Shown here: positions 10,214 to 20,471 of the stretch, one piece after another
Layout: each line of letters begins with the position of its first letter
Position numbering within the stretch: the first letter of the stretch is position 1
Assembly: GCA_943789205.1 (NCBI GenBank)
Contig: CALSTG010000001.1
Coordinates: forward strand, 632,182-696,181
Length of the DNA stretch: 64,000 nucleotides
Reading direction: 5' to 3'
From: an uncultured Flavobacteriales bacterium
GTDB lineage: Bacteria; Bacteroidota; Bacteroidia; Flavobacteriales_D; Crocinitomicaceae
Program-made: the position numbers and the translations under genes
Notes under the pieces: model-generated
What the model was told of the DNA's origin: nothing
Databases searched by the model: none
Seen by the model: only the letters and a program-made list of their open reading frames with translations

Positions 10214-10668
10214 TTTTGACCTTGCGATTTTAATACGTGAGATTTAAAAGATTTGATACTAAATTCAGCATCTGAATCTGAGGCTGTAAACAATAAAATT
10301 CCTGGCCTAAAAACAAGTTTATTTACATAATCAATAGCCTCATAAATGGAAGTGACAGATATAATTTTTTCAGAACAATTATCATTTCCGTCTGGACCAT
10401 ATGACACACAGTTTTTAATTTTCAGTCCTAAATTTGAAGAACGCTTAAAAAAAGAATTTATCTCATTTTGATTTCCAATCCATAATATTTCAAATGGAAA
10501 ATTCTCAATGGTCTTATTCAAAAGTATCAGGTCTGGATTATGCCACGAAAAAGCGTCCATACCCAAGTATTTCCCCAACGGCATCATCAATAGATGTTGA
10601 TCTATCATGGAGGAACCCTGAATACGGGTGGTATTCTCTTTCTCGCTATGTGACTTGAACTTTTTCAA
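10210..10668 (-). CDS. Hypothetical protein inserted between murD and ftsW
   Basis: This 152-aa ORF is the only long ORF in the interval. Its stop overlaps the ftsW ATG (ATGA at 10210-10213). The first candidate start is TTG, 4 nt after the murD stop, with an alternative ATG at 10608. I recognised no family motif. Confidence 0.55.
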   Translation of the reverse strand: MKKFKSHSEKENTTRIQGSSMIDQHLLMMPLGKYLGMDAFSWHNPDLILLNKTIENFPFEILWIGNQNEINSFFKRSSNLGLKIKNCVSYGPDGNDNCSEKIISVTSIYEAIDYVNKLVFRPGILLFTASDSDAEFSIKSFKSHVLKSQGQK

Positions 10669-10672
10669 TCGT

Positions 10673-12016
10673 TTAAAGCATTCTTACAGCTTGCTTAAAT
10701 TGATTACCTCTATCTTCATAGCTCTCAAATAAATCGAAGCTGGCACATGCTGGAGAGAGTAACACTGACTCATCTTTACGAGCCAATCTATAAGCGTAAG
10801 CGACTGCCTCCACTGCACTTCTTGCTTCCACCAATGTCTCAACCTTATCGCAAAACGCATCCTTGATTTTATCATTGTTTTCCCCAAGGCAAATAACCGC
10901 TTTCACCTTCTCATCTACTAAGGGAAGCAATTCGCTGTAATCGTTACCCTTATCAACACCACCAACAATCCAAATGGTTGGTTTTTCCATACTCTCAAGC
11001 GCAAACCAAGTAGAGTTAATATTGGTTGCTTTTGAATCGTTTATAAACTCTATACCATTTACTTTGGCAACGAATTCTAAACGGTGTTCTACATTTACAA
11101 AGTCCTCAAGACTTTGACGCACGATATCCTTGCGAATTTCTACTATTCTAGCAGCAATCCCTGCTGCTAATGAATTTTGGGTATTGTGCTTACCCTTTAA
11201 AGCTAAATCATGAATGGACATAGATAATTGTTCTTTTATATTGATTATTAATTGATCCGAAATTGAATACCCACCATTGCTCTGTGGGTTTTTAAGAGAA
11301 AAGCCTGCCTGACGCATAGGCAATTCCATTTGTGACATTTTTTCATCGATAATTTGGTCGTCCGCATTGTAGATAAACCAATCTGAGGCACTTTGATTTT
11401 TAGTAATACGCATTTTAGAATCTGCATATAGACTCAAATTGTTCTCATATCGATCAAGATGATCTGGTGTAATATTTAATAGAATAGAGATGTCAGCTCT
11501 AAAGTCTTGTATATCGTCTAGCTGAAAGGAGCTCAGTTCAATAACGAAATACTCAGGTTCTTTTGACGCTACCTGACGGGCTAAACTTTTACCAATATTT
11601 CCTGCGAATGAGACCTCTATACCCGCATTTTTAAAGATGTGGTAAACCAGCATTGTAGTCGTTGTTTTCCCATTACTACCCGTAATACAGATCTTCTTGG
11701 CCTTCGTGAATTTTGCAGCAAACTCAATCTCCGAAATAACTTCAACTCCATGTACTTTACAGCTTTGAATAACTGCCGCTGTATTTGGAATACCAGGAGA
11801 TTTAATGACAAGGTGCGCTTGAAGTATGCGGTCTAGATCATGTCCTGACTCCTCATATTCAACATTTAGCTGCAGCAGCTCAGACTTATAGTTTTCTTTG
11901 AGCACGCCTGCATCTGAAACAAAAACATTTGCTCCCATTTTATTTGCAAGGATTGCTGCGCCAACGCCGCTTTCGCCTCCGCCAATTATTGCGATATTTT
12001 GACCCTCTAAATGCAT
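10673..12016 (-). CDS. murD: UDP-N-acetylmuramoylalanine--D-glutamate ligase
   Basis: The start was trimmed to [21 protein letters not shown]. The Mur ligase P-loop GSNGKTTT is present. The ATG overlaps the mraY stop by 1 nt. Confidence 0.93.
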   Translation of the reverse strand: MHLEGQNIAIIGGGESGVGAAILANKMGANVFVSDAGVLKENYKSELLQLNVEYEESGHDLDRILQAHLVIKSPGIPNTAAVIQSCKVHGVEVISEIEFAAKFTKAKKICITGSNGKTTTTMLVYHIFKNAGIEVSFAGNIGKSLARQVASKEPEYFVIELSSFQLDDIQDFRADISILLNITPDHLDRYENNLSLYADSKMRITKNQSASDWFIYNADDQIIDEKMSQMELPMRQAGFSLKNPQSNGGYSISDQLIINIKEQLSMSIHDLALKGKHNTQNSLAAGIAARIVEIRKDIVRQSLEDFVNVEHRLEFVAKVNGIEFINDSKATNINSTWFALESMEKPTIWIVGGVDKGNDYSELLPLVDEKVKAVICLGENNDKIKDAFCDKVETLVEARSAVEAVAYAYRLARKDESVLLSPACASFDLFESYEDRGNQFKQAVRML

Positions 12017-13257
12017 TAACGGACCTTTAATGTTACAATAGTTACAACTGCAAGAAGTACGGCAAGAATCCAAAAACGGGCAACAATTTTTGCTTCGTGC
12101 AATCCACTTTTCTGATAATGATGGTGTAAAGGAGCCATCTTAAAGATGCGCCGACCTTCGCCGTATTTTCGTCTTGAATATTTGAAATATCCTACCTGAA
12201 GCATAACAGAGAGGTTCTCTATTAGAAATACTCCACACAATACAGGAATGAGAAGCTCTTTCCGGATAGAAATAGCAAAAACAGCGATAATACCACCTAT
12301 TGCCAAACTCCCCGTATCACCCATAAATACCTGTGCTGGATAGGAGTTATACCATAAAAAACCAATACAAGCACCGACAAAAGCACTTATGAAAACAACG
12401 AGCTCCTCTGCGAAGGGGATGTACATGACATTTAGGTAGTCTGAAAAACGAACATGTGAGCTGACATAGGCCAATACGGCAAGTGCAATACCGACAATAG
12501 CTGAGGTCCCCGTGGCCAAACCATCTAAACCATCGGTCATGTTTGCTCCATTTGAAACAGCTATTACGATAAAAATAACTATGGGAATAAAAATCAGCCA
12601 ACCATAAGAAGAGTCACCTCCAAGTAACCACTTATAATTAAACTCATTGTCCTTGACAAATGGGATTGTCGTTGTCATTTCATCAGTTTCAACCCACTTA
12701 AATGATTGACTTTCTGAATTTACATGCTGATGTGTTACTAGCTTTTCATTTTCCTTTAATTGATAATCATCCGAAACACGCTTATGAACAACAACATCAT
12801 CCGAAAAATATAATACGGAGCCAACAATGAGACCAACACCAATTTGACCAACTACTTTAAATCTACCTTTTAAACCTTCCTTATTCTTTTTAAAGACTTT
12901 AATGTAATCATCAATAAATCCAATCATACCAAGCCAAACTGTTGCGAGAAGCATGGTAATCACATAAACATTCTCTAGTCGCGCCAATAATAATGTTGGT
13001 ATTAAAATAGCGCCCAAGATGATAAGCCCTCCCATGGTCGGAGTTCCTGTTTTCTCGATTTGCCCCGCAAGACCCAAATCACGAACAGTTTCTCCGATTT
13101 GTTGTCGTTGTAAACGCGCTATAATTCGCTTTCCAAAAACAATAGAAATGATTAATGAAAAAATAAGTGCCAAGGCAGAGCGAAAAGAGATATAGCTGAA
13201 AAGACCAGCTCCCGGCATATTATATTTATCGAGAAATTCAAAAAGATAGTACAGCAT
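12016..13257 (-). CDS. mraY: Phospho-N-acetylmuramoyl-pentapeptide transferase
   Basis: It is a polytopic membrane protein with MraY motifs: [20 protein letters not shown] and APLHHH. Confidence 0.95.
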   Translation of the reverse strand: MLYYLFEFLDKYNMPGAGLFSYISFRSALALIFSLIISIVFGKRIIARLQRQQIGETVRDLGLAGQIEKTGTPTMGGLIILGAILIPTLLLARLENVYVITMLLATVWLGMIGFIDDYIKVFKKNKEGLKGRFKVVGQIGVGLIVGSVLYFSDDVVVHKRVSDDYQLKENEKLVTHQHVNSESQSFKWVETDEMTTTIPFVKDNEFNYKWLLGGDSSYGWLIFIPIVIFIVIAVSNGANMTDGLDGLATGTSAIVGIALAVLAYVSSHVRFSDYLNVMYIPFAEELVVFISAFVGACIGFLWYNSYPAQVFMGDTGSLAIGGIIAVFAISIRKELLIPVLCGVFLIENLSVMLQVGYFKYSRRKYGEGRRIFKMAPLHHHYQKSGLHEAKIVARFWILAVLLAVVTIVTLKVR

Positions 13258-14720
13258 TAGTTGTTCTTTTGGTTTGTATATTCACTTGCAATTTTATAAT
13301 CGTCGAAGTCGTGTCTGACTCCCTTTATTTCTTGATACTTTTCGTGGCCCTTACCGGCAATTAGAATGACATCTTGTTCACGTGCCAGCTTGACGGCAAG
13401 CTTGATCGCATCTCTGCGATTTAGCATTTTGAGTGCTACATCTAATTGCGCACTTGTCAACCCCGCTTGCATATCCTTAAGGATTTCTTCAGGGTCTTCA
13501 CTTCTTGGATTATCAGAGGTTAATATCAGCTCATCACTGTTAGCACTCGCTATCGAAGCCATAATCGGTCGCTTGTCTTTATCTCTATCACCTCCACAAC
13601 CCACAATCGTGATAAGTCTCGAATTGTCACTTTTGATAGCAGTTATCGTTTCTAACACATTCTTTAAGGCGTCAGGTGTATGGGCATAATCAACTATTGT
13701 TGTCGGTCCATTTTGAGCTTTTAAGTATTGAAACCTTCCTTCAACAGATTGAAGATTGCTCAAAACACCTAGGGTTTCTATTTTATCCTCATTAAGGAGC
13801 ATAGCAACAGCGTAAACGGCTAAGAGATTATATGCGTTAAAGCGACCTATAAGCCTTGAATAGAACTCGACTCCATCAAGATTAAGAATGAGACCTGAAA
13901 GTGCATTCTCCATTACCTTTGCTTTAAAATCTGCCGGCGTTTTCAATGCATAATGACGTTTCTTTGCATTCGTATTCTGGAGCATGACTAACCCATTTTT
14001 ATCATCTGTATTTACTAATGCAAATGAAGTAGATGGCAACCCATCAAAAAACTGCTTTTTTGCCTTTATGTATGCGGAAAAAGTCTTGTGATAATCTAAA
14101 TGATCATGTGAGATATTGGTAAAAACACCACCCTCAAAATAAAGTCCATAAATTCTATTTTGATCTATAGCGTGTGAGCTAACCTCCATAAAGCAATGAG
14201 AACAGCCTTCATTTACCATGTCGCGTAAAAGTGCATTCAATGCAACTGGGTTCGGTGTTGTATGTGTTGCAGGTATTTCATCTTTCCCTATTTTATTAAC
14301 AACCGTCGAGAGCAACCCGGTCTTGTAACCCAAACCAGAAAACAGATCATACATTAAAGTTGCACAAGTCGTTTTACCATTTGTTCCTGTAATACCTATA
14401 AGCTTTAGCTCGCGAGACGGATTACCATAAAATTTCGAGGCTATTAATGCCAATGCCTCACTAGAGTCGAGAACTTGAATCAAGGATATATCGTTGGCTT
14501 GAAAAACAACTCTACGGTCAACAATAAAGTTCCGACATCCCTTTTTATATGCAGCCTCAAGATAGTCATGACCATTTTGAGAAAACCCTTCAATTGCAAT
14601 GAATAAAGAATCTTTATTTGTTTCGCGAGAATCAAATTGAATCGCATGAATCGATGCGGATGCATCGCCAAGAATCACCTGATGCTTTAGAGAATCCAAT
14701 AAATAATTCAATGCTTTCAT
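13257..14720 (-). CDS. murE: UDP-N-acetylmuramoyl-L-alanyl-D-glutamate--2,6-diaminopimelate ligase
   Basis: It has the Mur ligase P-loop GTNGKTT and the DNPR motif ([10 protein letters not shown]) typical of MurE. Confidence 0.93.
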   Translation of the reverse strand: MKALNYLLDSLKHQVILGDASASIHAIQFDSRETNKDSLFIAIEGFSQNGHDYLEAAYKKGCRNFIVDRRVVFQANDISLIQVLDSSEALALIASKFYGNPSRELKLIGITGTNGKTTCATLMYDLFSGLGYKTGLLSTVVNKIGKDEIPATHTTPNPVALNALLRDMVNEGCSHCFMEVSSHAIDQNRIYGLYFEGGVFTNISHDHLDYHKTFSAYIKAKKQFFDGLPSTSFALVNTDDKNGLVMLQNTNAKKRHYALKTPADFKAKVMENALSGLILNLDGVEFYSRLIGRFNAYNLLAVYAVAMLLNEDKIETLGVLSNLQSVEGRFQYLKAQNGPTTIVDYAHTPDALKNVLETITAIKSDNSRLITIVGCGGDRDKDKRPIMASIASANSDELILTSDNPRSEDPEEILKDMQAGLTSAQLDVALKMLNRRDAIKLAVKLAREQDVILIAGKGHEKYQEIKGVRHDFDDYKIASEYTNQKNN

Positions 14721-16837
14721 ATGTTCTTCAATGTCAATTTGATTAACCTTCCGTTTTCAAGATCCGTTCCTTCAGGTATGGACTGATAAACAACCTTTCC
14801 AAATCCTTTTATCTCTACGATTAGTCCCATTTTTTCTAGTAGATAGATCGCATCTTTTGCAGTCATTCCAGAAACACTTGGCACTCGATTTTCTTTAATC
14901 TCTCTAGGGATTAAATTGATTTCTTTCAGCGGGCGCACTGCGCCAATCCACTCGCCTCCACCCTCAACATTATGCTCGTAACCTAAATTTGCGAGGACAT
15001 TGGATGCATCAGCTTTATTACCCGCTTTAATTCGTGGTAAACTATTTGATTTAACCGATGCCTCATTTACAGCTTCATGATATTTTAAATTGGAGGCGAA
15101 AACTTTGTTGGCTACAGCCGCGAAAACAGTCCCAGAAACTTTTGCGCCATAGATGTACTTTTTAGGCTTGTAGATTACCACTATACAAGAGTAGAGTGGT
15201 TTATCAGCTGGAAAAAATCCACAAAAAGAGGCCTGATATTCCGACTCCGACCTGCCTAAGAATTCACGAGACTGGGAGAGTAGTTTTACTGTACCTGTTT
15301 TACCGGCAATTTTAAACTCTACGGTTTTTAGGTCCTTGCCTGTACCATCCTCCATCACACCTACCAGACAGCTTTTCACCTTTTTAATAGTTTGCATCGA
15401 GCAAATCTTTTCATCTAGGACAATTGGGTCGAATGATCGAATGATCTTTCCCGAGCTTCTAACTTCCTTTACAAACTGCGGCCGCATCATTCTTCCATTA
15501 TTGGCCACTGAATTATACAGATTCAATGTTTGCAATGGGGTTTGTTCCAATTCATAACCAATCGACATATAAGGGATTGATATTCCTGACCAAATTTTAG
15601 AGCCAGGTCTAGAAACTTTTGGACTTGGTTCTCCAGGAAGCGAAATTCCTAAAGGCTTGGTTAAACCAAATTTTTCAAGTTTAGCAATGAATTGATCTGG
15701 GTCTGACTTATATACTTTATGTATTGTAGGAGCAATAACGTTTGATGAAAGTTCGAAAGCACGTTTTAGGGAGATTTTACCATATCCATTTCCATAATTA
15801 GAATCAAATAATGACTTCTTTGATCCCTTGAATCGATACTCTCCTGCCGCATTCACCTCAGTATCTAATGTCAATTTACCATCTTCCAATGCAGCCATTA
15901 ATGCCGCGAGCTTAAAAGTTGATCCGGGAGGCGAATTGCGCCCAATAGCATAATTAAATGATTCAGAATAAGAGCTATCTGAGTTTCTTCTTAAATTCGA
16001 AATTGCCCGAATATATCCCGTTGCAACCTCCATTACAATTACACACCCTTCAGGTGCGTCCATGGTTATCAATTGTTTTTCAAGTTCGGAGTGTGCAACC
16101 TCTTGAATATCCGAATCTATAGTTGTAACGATATCTGAACCAGCAACAGATTCTTGAACAATCACGCCTGTATTTCTCCAGCCATTTGCCAGCTTTTGCT
16201 GAATCTGTTGACCTGAAACACCAGCAAGATAATTTTGGTAAGCCCCTTCAATACCAACAGCAACTTCCTTCTCTCCATCTTTTCGATAGTAGCCAAGTGT
16301 TCTTTTAGCAAGCTGACCTTTAGGATTTTTACGCACAGACGTCTCCTTACCATCGATAATACCCCCTTTAAAGGTTCCTTCTTCGAATATCGGAAGTGCC
16401 CTCAGAGACTTTCGCTGTTCATTTGTTACCTGCTTTTGGATTTGAACGTAGCGCTTACCATTTTTACGAGCATCCTTGAGCTCCTCTGAAATCTCAGCAG
16501 CGCTTTTTTCATGAAACAGGTTACTAATTCCAGCGGCTAAAGAATCAATTTTCGATTCAAAAAGAGCTTCACTAACCACAACAGGATCCATGTAAACATC
16601 ATAGTAAGAAACGGTTGTTACTAATGGGTTTAAATCTTTATCCAAAACATCTCCAGGCGTGGGTTTATCTAACACGATTCTTTCTGGAATTTTTCGATCA
16701 CCCGGCATTAATCCTGGCTCAAGCTCAGTAAACTGAATTGAAATGACTGTGTATATAATTGTTACCATAACAGTAACAAATCCAAAGAAAATCAGATATG
16801 CCCTGTTTTTCAAAACCTTCTTCTCTTTATCTATCAT
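14717..16837 (-). CDS. ftsI: Penicillin-binding protein (PBP3/FtsI-like transpeptidase) with a C-terminal PASTA-like domain
   Basis: It has an N-terminal TM and the transpeptidase motifs STFK (PPGSTFKLA), SSN and KTGT. The C-terminal GMTAKDAIYLLEKMGL stretch looks PASTA-like. Confidence 0.92.
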   Translation of the reverse strand: MIDKEKKVLKNRAYLIFFGFVTVMVTIIYTVISIQFTELEPGLMPGDRKIPERIVLDKPTPGDVLDKDLNPLVTTVSYYDVYMDPVVVSEALFESKIDSLAAGISNLFHEKSAAEISEELKDARKNGKRYVQIQKQVTNEQRKSLRALPIFEEGTFKGGIIDGKETSVRKNPKGQLAKRTLGYYRKDGEKEVAVGIEGAYQNYLAGVSGQQIQQKLANGWRNTGVIVQESVAGSDIVTTIDSDIQEVAHSELEKQLITMDAPEGCVIVMEVATGYIRAISNLRRNSDSSYSESFNYAIGRNSPPGSTFKLAALMAALEDGKLTLDTEVNAAGEYRFKGSKKSLFDSNYGNGYGKISLKRAFELSSNVIAPTIHKVYKSDPDQFIAKLEKFGLTKPLGISLPGEPSPKVSRPGSKIWSGISIPYMSIGYELEQTPLQTLNLYNSVANNGRMMRPQFVKEVRSSGKIIRSFDPIVLDEKICSMQTIKKVKSCLVGVMEDGTGKDLKTVEFKIAGKTGTVKLLSQSREFLGRSESEYQASFCGFFPADKPLYSCIVVIYKPKKYIYGAKVSGTVFAAVANKVFASNLKYHEAVNEASVKSNSLPRIKAGNKADASNVLANLGYEHNVEGGGEWIGAVRPLKEINLIPREIKENRVPSVSGMTAKDAIYLLEKMGLIVEIKGFGKVVYQSIPEGTDLENGRLIKLTLKNI

Positions 16838-17213
16838 CTTCGGAAGGTTTAATTCGAATTACTTTGGTTGCATTCAAGGACTCCTTTAAATCTCTTTCCT
16901 TGAGTTTTTCTATAAGATCCTGCCTTCTTGTTTTAAACTCAAAAGAAGATTTTACTTCAAGAAATTCTGCGGCATTTTGATTGACCTCTAGCTCCGTATT
17001 TTTGATGTCATCATTAATCTGTTTTACATAATATCCTTTGGAGACAAATAAAATCAATAACAAGAGTGCGAAGAAAATAAAGGGAAGATTGTTGAGCACA
17101 AAAGACTTTGTTAAGAATTCGCCATTGAGAATTTGCGTCAAAGCATTAGCTTTTTTCCTTGCTTTTTGACCTGACTGAGAAGTATTTTTCTTTTTAGTCA
17201 TTTCTTTCTCCAA
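16827..17213 (-). CDS. FtsL-like cell division protein (Bacteroidota type)
   Basis: This 128-aa bitopic protein has one TM (LPFIFFALLLLILFV) followed by a coiled-coil. It sits between rsmH and ftsI. Confidence 0.75.
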   Translation of the reverse strand: MEKEMTKKKNTSQSGQKARKKANALTQILNGEFLTKSFVLNNLPFIFFALLLLILFVSKGYYVKQINDDIKNTELEVNQNAAEFLEVKSSFEFKTRRQDLIEKLKERDLKESLNATKVIRIKPSEDDR

Positions 17214-18111
17214 TTCTTAACTTCGCACTGCGGGCACGAGAGTTCATATTAACTTCATCTTCATCAGGCGCCAAAGGCTTCCTTGTTATCTCTGTAAAAG
17301 GTTTAATTGGGTTTCCATAGAAATCCTTTTCAAGAGCACCTTCAAGGTTTCCTTTTTTAAGGAAATTCTTTACAAGCCTGTCTTCAAGCGAATGGTAAGA
17401 AAGCACGACCAACCTACCTCCGGGTGCAATTACATTTTCGCATTGTAAAAGCAAATCCTCGAGTACCTTAATCTCCTGATTCACCTCTATACGAACTGCT
17501 TGAAATACTTGGGCGTAATATCTATTCTCTTTAAATTTCGGAGCGAAATCAGACAGGAACTTGATGAAACCTTGAGTCGTGTCGAGACGACTAGACTGAC
17601 GAAACTTAACAAGCTCATAAGCCAATTTTTTGGCATTCCTGATTTCACCATACTTCCGGAATACTGATAACAATTCTTCCTCGGTTGAATCGTGAAGCAC
17701 ATCTGCGGCATTTCTCGATGCAGAGCTATTCATACGCATATCTAAAACACCTTCCTTGCGGATAGAAAAACCTCTTGTACCTTCATCAAATTGATGCGAA
17801 GAAACGCCCAAATCTGCCAAAATGCCATCAACTTGAGAAACACCCTTTAATTTTAACTGATTTGAAAGAAAAGAGAAGTTTGATTGTATAAAATGAAAAT
17901 TTGGTGCTTCCCAAACATTCCTTAAAGCATCTTTGTCTTGATCCAAAGCATACAATTTGCCCTTTGAAGACAACTGGCTATGTATTAATCGAGAATGACC
18001 ACCGCCACCGAAGGTAACATCGACATAAACTCCATCCGGATTGATATTCAATCCATTGATGCAAGCATCACGCAGAACCGGTATGTGGTATAAATTATTC
18101 TTTTGGTTCAT
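17194..18111 (-). CDS. rsmH: 16S rRNA (cytosine1402-N4)-methyltransferase
   Basis: It has the HIPVL motif, VDVTFGGGGHS and SYHSLEDR. Confidence 0.95.
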   Translation of the reverse strand: MNQKNNLYHIPVLRDACINGLNINPDGVYVDVTFGGGGHSRLIHSQLSSKGKLYALDQDKDALRNVWEAPNFHFIQSNFSFLSNQLKLKGVSQVDGILADLGVSSHQFDEGTRGFSIRKEGVLDMRMNSSASRNAADVLHDSTEEELLSVFRKYGEIRNAKKLAYELVKFRQSSRLDTTQGFIKFLSDFAPKFKENRYYAQVFQAVRIEVNQEIKVLEDLLLQCENVIAPGGRLVVLSYHSLEDRLVKNFLKKGNLEGALEKDFYGNPIKPFTEITRKPLAPDEDEVNMNSRARSAKLRIGERND

Positions 18112-18556
18112 CCAAGTCTCCCATTACTTCATTTGCTAAATCGGCAAAGTCCGTTATGTTTTCTTCGATCATACTGAAGTACTTGGATTTATCCCATATT
18201 TCTACGCGGTCATTATATGCTATAAGCATAACCTCCTGCCCTAAACCAATTCTTTCGGCGTGAGCCGTCGGTATTAAAACACGACCTGCATTATCAAGTG
18301 CAATTTGTTTTGCGCCTTGATGAAACAAACGATAAAACATTCGATTCTTCGGTTTAAACAAGTTCATCTGAGACAAACGCTCACTCATTTTCTCCCAATC
18401 CATTATTGGATACAAAGTGAGACAATCTTCAAATCCCTTATTTAACATAAAATCACGCTGGGCAGTCGGAGCCAACTGCTTCCTAAGACCTGCAGGGAAT
18501 AGAAACCTACCCTTGCTATCTAACTTAACCTCAAATTCTCCTACTAATCCAGCCAT
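18095..18556 (-). CDS. mraZ: Transcriptional regulator MraZ
   Basis: 153 aa. It has a duplicated SpoVT/AbrB-like pattern (KGRFLFPAGLRKQL ... AGRVLIPTAHAERIGL) and is the first gene of the dcw cluster. Confidence 0.93.
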   Translation of the reverse strand: MAGLVGEFEVKLDSKGRFLFPAGLRKQLAPTAQRDFMLNKGFEDCLTLYPIMDWEKMSERLSQMNLFKPKNRMFYRLFHQGAKQIALDNAGRVLIPTAHAERIGLGQEVMLIAYNDRVEIWDKSKYFSMIEENITDFADLANEVMGDLDEPKE

Positions 18557-18589
18557 AACGAAACTATGAGTAAAAATAATGGAATTTTA

Positions 18590-18603
18590 CCACTTTTTAC
18601 CAC
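18590..18603 (-). promoter_or_regulatory. Candidate MraZ box pair (GTGGTAAAAAGTGG in mraZ orientation)
   Basis: Two GTGG cores at 10-bp spacing lie 34-47 nt upstream of the mraZ ATG. This is a perfect inverted copy of 18708-18721. Confidence 0.5.
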
Positions 18604-18707
18604 CTAAAATCAAATTGTTGATAACTTATAACGTTAGTTTATTTTTTTTGTTTCAAAAATACATCCTTATGTCACAACTAGCAAACATTTACGTTAATAT
18701 TACATAA

Positions 18708-18721
18708 GTGGTAAAAAGTGG
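18708..18721 (+). promoter_or_regulatory. Second GTGGTAAAAAGTGG element, inverted relative to 18590-18603
   Basis: It is a perfect 14-bp reverse complement of the element next to mraZ. It lies 57 nt upstream of the divergent EamA gene. Confidence 0.45.
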
Positions 18722-18777
18722 ATAACTATTTTAAAAAGCTATTTTTATCTGCATAAGTATTTATTTAATTTTACAGG

Positions 18778-19674
18778 GTGAAAATTTCCTTAAAGTATTG
18801 GTTACTATTGCTTTTACTCTCCGTTATTTGGGGTAGCTCTTTTATTCTTATGAAAACAGCAATGTATGACTCCAGAGGTTATTCCATATTTTCATCCAAT
18901 CAAGTTGCTACACTTCGTATTCTTATCGCTAGCATAGCCCTTTTGCCCTTTAGCATATATGCAATTCGAAAAATAAATCTGAAACGAGACTTGGGCTACT
19001 TCATCATAGTCGCTTTGTGTGGGAATCTATTTCCGGCATTTCTATTCACCTATGCCGAAACTGGCATCTCCTCTGGCCTCGCAGGAATGTTGAACAGTAC
19101 AACGCCTATTTTCACCATACTGATTGCACTTGTTATTTTTAGAGATAAAATGAGTTTGCGCCAATTTTCAGGAGCCTTTATAGGCACAATTGGTGTTGGG
19201 ACCTTAGTCTATTTCGGGAAAAAAAATTCGTTAGATGGTGAATGGATCCATATCGTTAGTGTTATTTGCGCGACACTATGCTATGCCATTAGCCTTAGCG
19301 TTATTCGTTATAAATTAGGACATTACAAATCTCTAGATATTGCCTCGATTGCATTTCTTCTCCTTTTAATGCCCTCTATTTTTTTATTTTTTACTGAGCA
19401 TACTCTTGAAGCTTTTAAAAACACCCGTGAAGTGAAAAATGGCTTCATAGCAATTCTTCTTTTATCTCTAGTAGGAACAGCTTTAGCCTTATTTATATTC
19501 AATACTATTATTAAAAACACTTCTGCATTGTTTGCAAGCTCAGTAACCTACTTTATTCCCATTGTTGCAGTTATCATTGGAATCTTTTTCAATGAACACA
19601 TTAATTTGGCCCAGATAACAGGCATGGCAGTTGCATTAAGTGGTGTTTTTATAGCCAATTCGAAAAAGCACTAA
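18778..19674 (+). CDS. EamA/DMT family transporter
   Basis: It has ten predicted TM segments in two EamA-like halves. The start is GTG. Confidence 0.8.
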   Translation: MKISLKYWLLLLLLSVIWGSSFILMKTAMYDSRGYSIFSSNQVATLRILIASIALLPFSIYAIRKINLKRDLGYFIIVALCGNLFPAFLFTYAETGISSGLAGMLNSTTPIFTILIALVIFRDKMSLRQFSGAFIGTIGVGTLVYFGKKNSLDGEWIHIVSVICATLCYAISLSVIRYKLGHYKSLDIASIAFLLLLMPSIFLFFTEHTLEAFKNTREVKNGFIAILLLSLVGTALALFIFNTIIKNTSALFASSVTYFIPIVAVIIGIFFNEHINLAQITGMAVALSGVFIANSKKH

Positions 19675-19770
19675 AGTAGCATGTGATTTCATGTGAAATA
19701 TTTTGATGCATTAGAAGAAAATAGTATCTTTGTCGTCCAATTTTGGATAACTTATAATGTAATCATTGTT

Positions 19771-20121
19771 ATGTACGCAATAGTAGAGATAGCAGGGCAG
19801 CAATTTAAAGTGCAAAAAGACCAAAAAGTTTACGTTCATCGTTTAGAAGAAAAAGAAGGCTCAAAAATTGAGTTTGATAATGTTCTTTTAATTGAGGATA
19901 AAGGAACGGTAACTGTTGGCGCCCCGGCTGTAGAAGGTGCAAAGATCACCGCAAAAGTAGAAAGTCACGTTAAAGGAGACAAAGTCATTGTTTTCAAAAA
20001 GAAACGTAGAAAAGGATACAAAAAGAAAAACGGTCACAGACAATCTTTTACAGAATTGTCAATTACAGGAATTAAAATTAAGAAGCCAGCTGCAGCGAAA
20101 GCGAAAGAGGCTCAAAAATAA
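19771..20121 (+). CDS. rplU: 50S ribosomal protein L21
   Basis: The start was trimmed to [14 protein letters not shown], the canonical L21 N-terminus. A Lys-rich C-terminal tail is present. Confidence 0.95.
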   Translation: MYAIVEIAGQQFKVQKDQKVYVHRLEEKEGSKIEFDNVLLIEDKGTVTVGAPAVEGAKITAKVESHVKGDKVIVFKKKRRKGYKKKNGHRQSFTELSITGIKIKKPAAAKAKEAQK

Positions 20122-20127
20122 AAGAAC

Positions 20128-20400
20128 ATGGCACATAAGAAAGGAGTCGGTAGTTCGAAAAACGGACGTGAATCACAAAGTAAAAGACTAGGTGTTAAAA
20201 TTTTTGGTGGACAGGCTGCAATTGCAGGAAATATTATCGTTCGACAAAGAGGTACTCAGCACCACCCAGGAAACAATGTAGGTATTGGTAAAGACCATAC
20301 ACTTTATGCATTAGAAGACGGATTGGTTGAGTTCAAGAAGAAGAAGAACAATAGATCATTTGTTTCAATAGTTCCATTGGAAACTGGTGTAGAAGCTTAA
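20128..20400 (+). CDS. rpmA: 50S ribosomal protein L27
   Basis: [24 protein letters not shown] is the canonical L27 N-terminus. Confidence 0.97.
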   Translation: MAHKKGVGSSKNGRESQSKRLGVKIFGGQAAIAGNIIVRQRGTQHHPGNNVGIGKDHTLYALEDGLVEFKKKKNNRSFVSIVPLETGVEA

Positions 20401-20420
20401 AAAACATATTCAATAATTAG

Positions 20421-20450
20421 AAAGGCCGACATCCGTCGGCCTTTTTTGTT
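20421..20450 (+). terminator. Rho-independent terminator after rpmA
   Basis: Perfect 10-bp stem aaaggccgac / gtcggccttt with loop atcc, followed by a T-run. Confidence 0.85.
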
Positions 20451-20471
20451 TTCTAGAAACTATATTTGTAA

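Noticed and set aside
10210-10668. The motif K-x-F-K-S-H occurs at both the N-terminus (KKFKSHS) and the C-terminus (KSFKSHV) of the orphan dcw ORF.
   Set aside because: The two copies are encoded by different codons and are very short. This is probably coincidence and I drew no functional inference.
2394-18556. Absence of murF, murB and ddl from the dcw cluster.
   Set aside because: Bacteroidota dcw clusters typically lack these genes, which are encoded elsewhere. This is established lineage-typical organisation and not evidence of loss.
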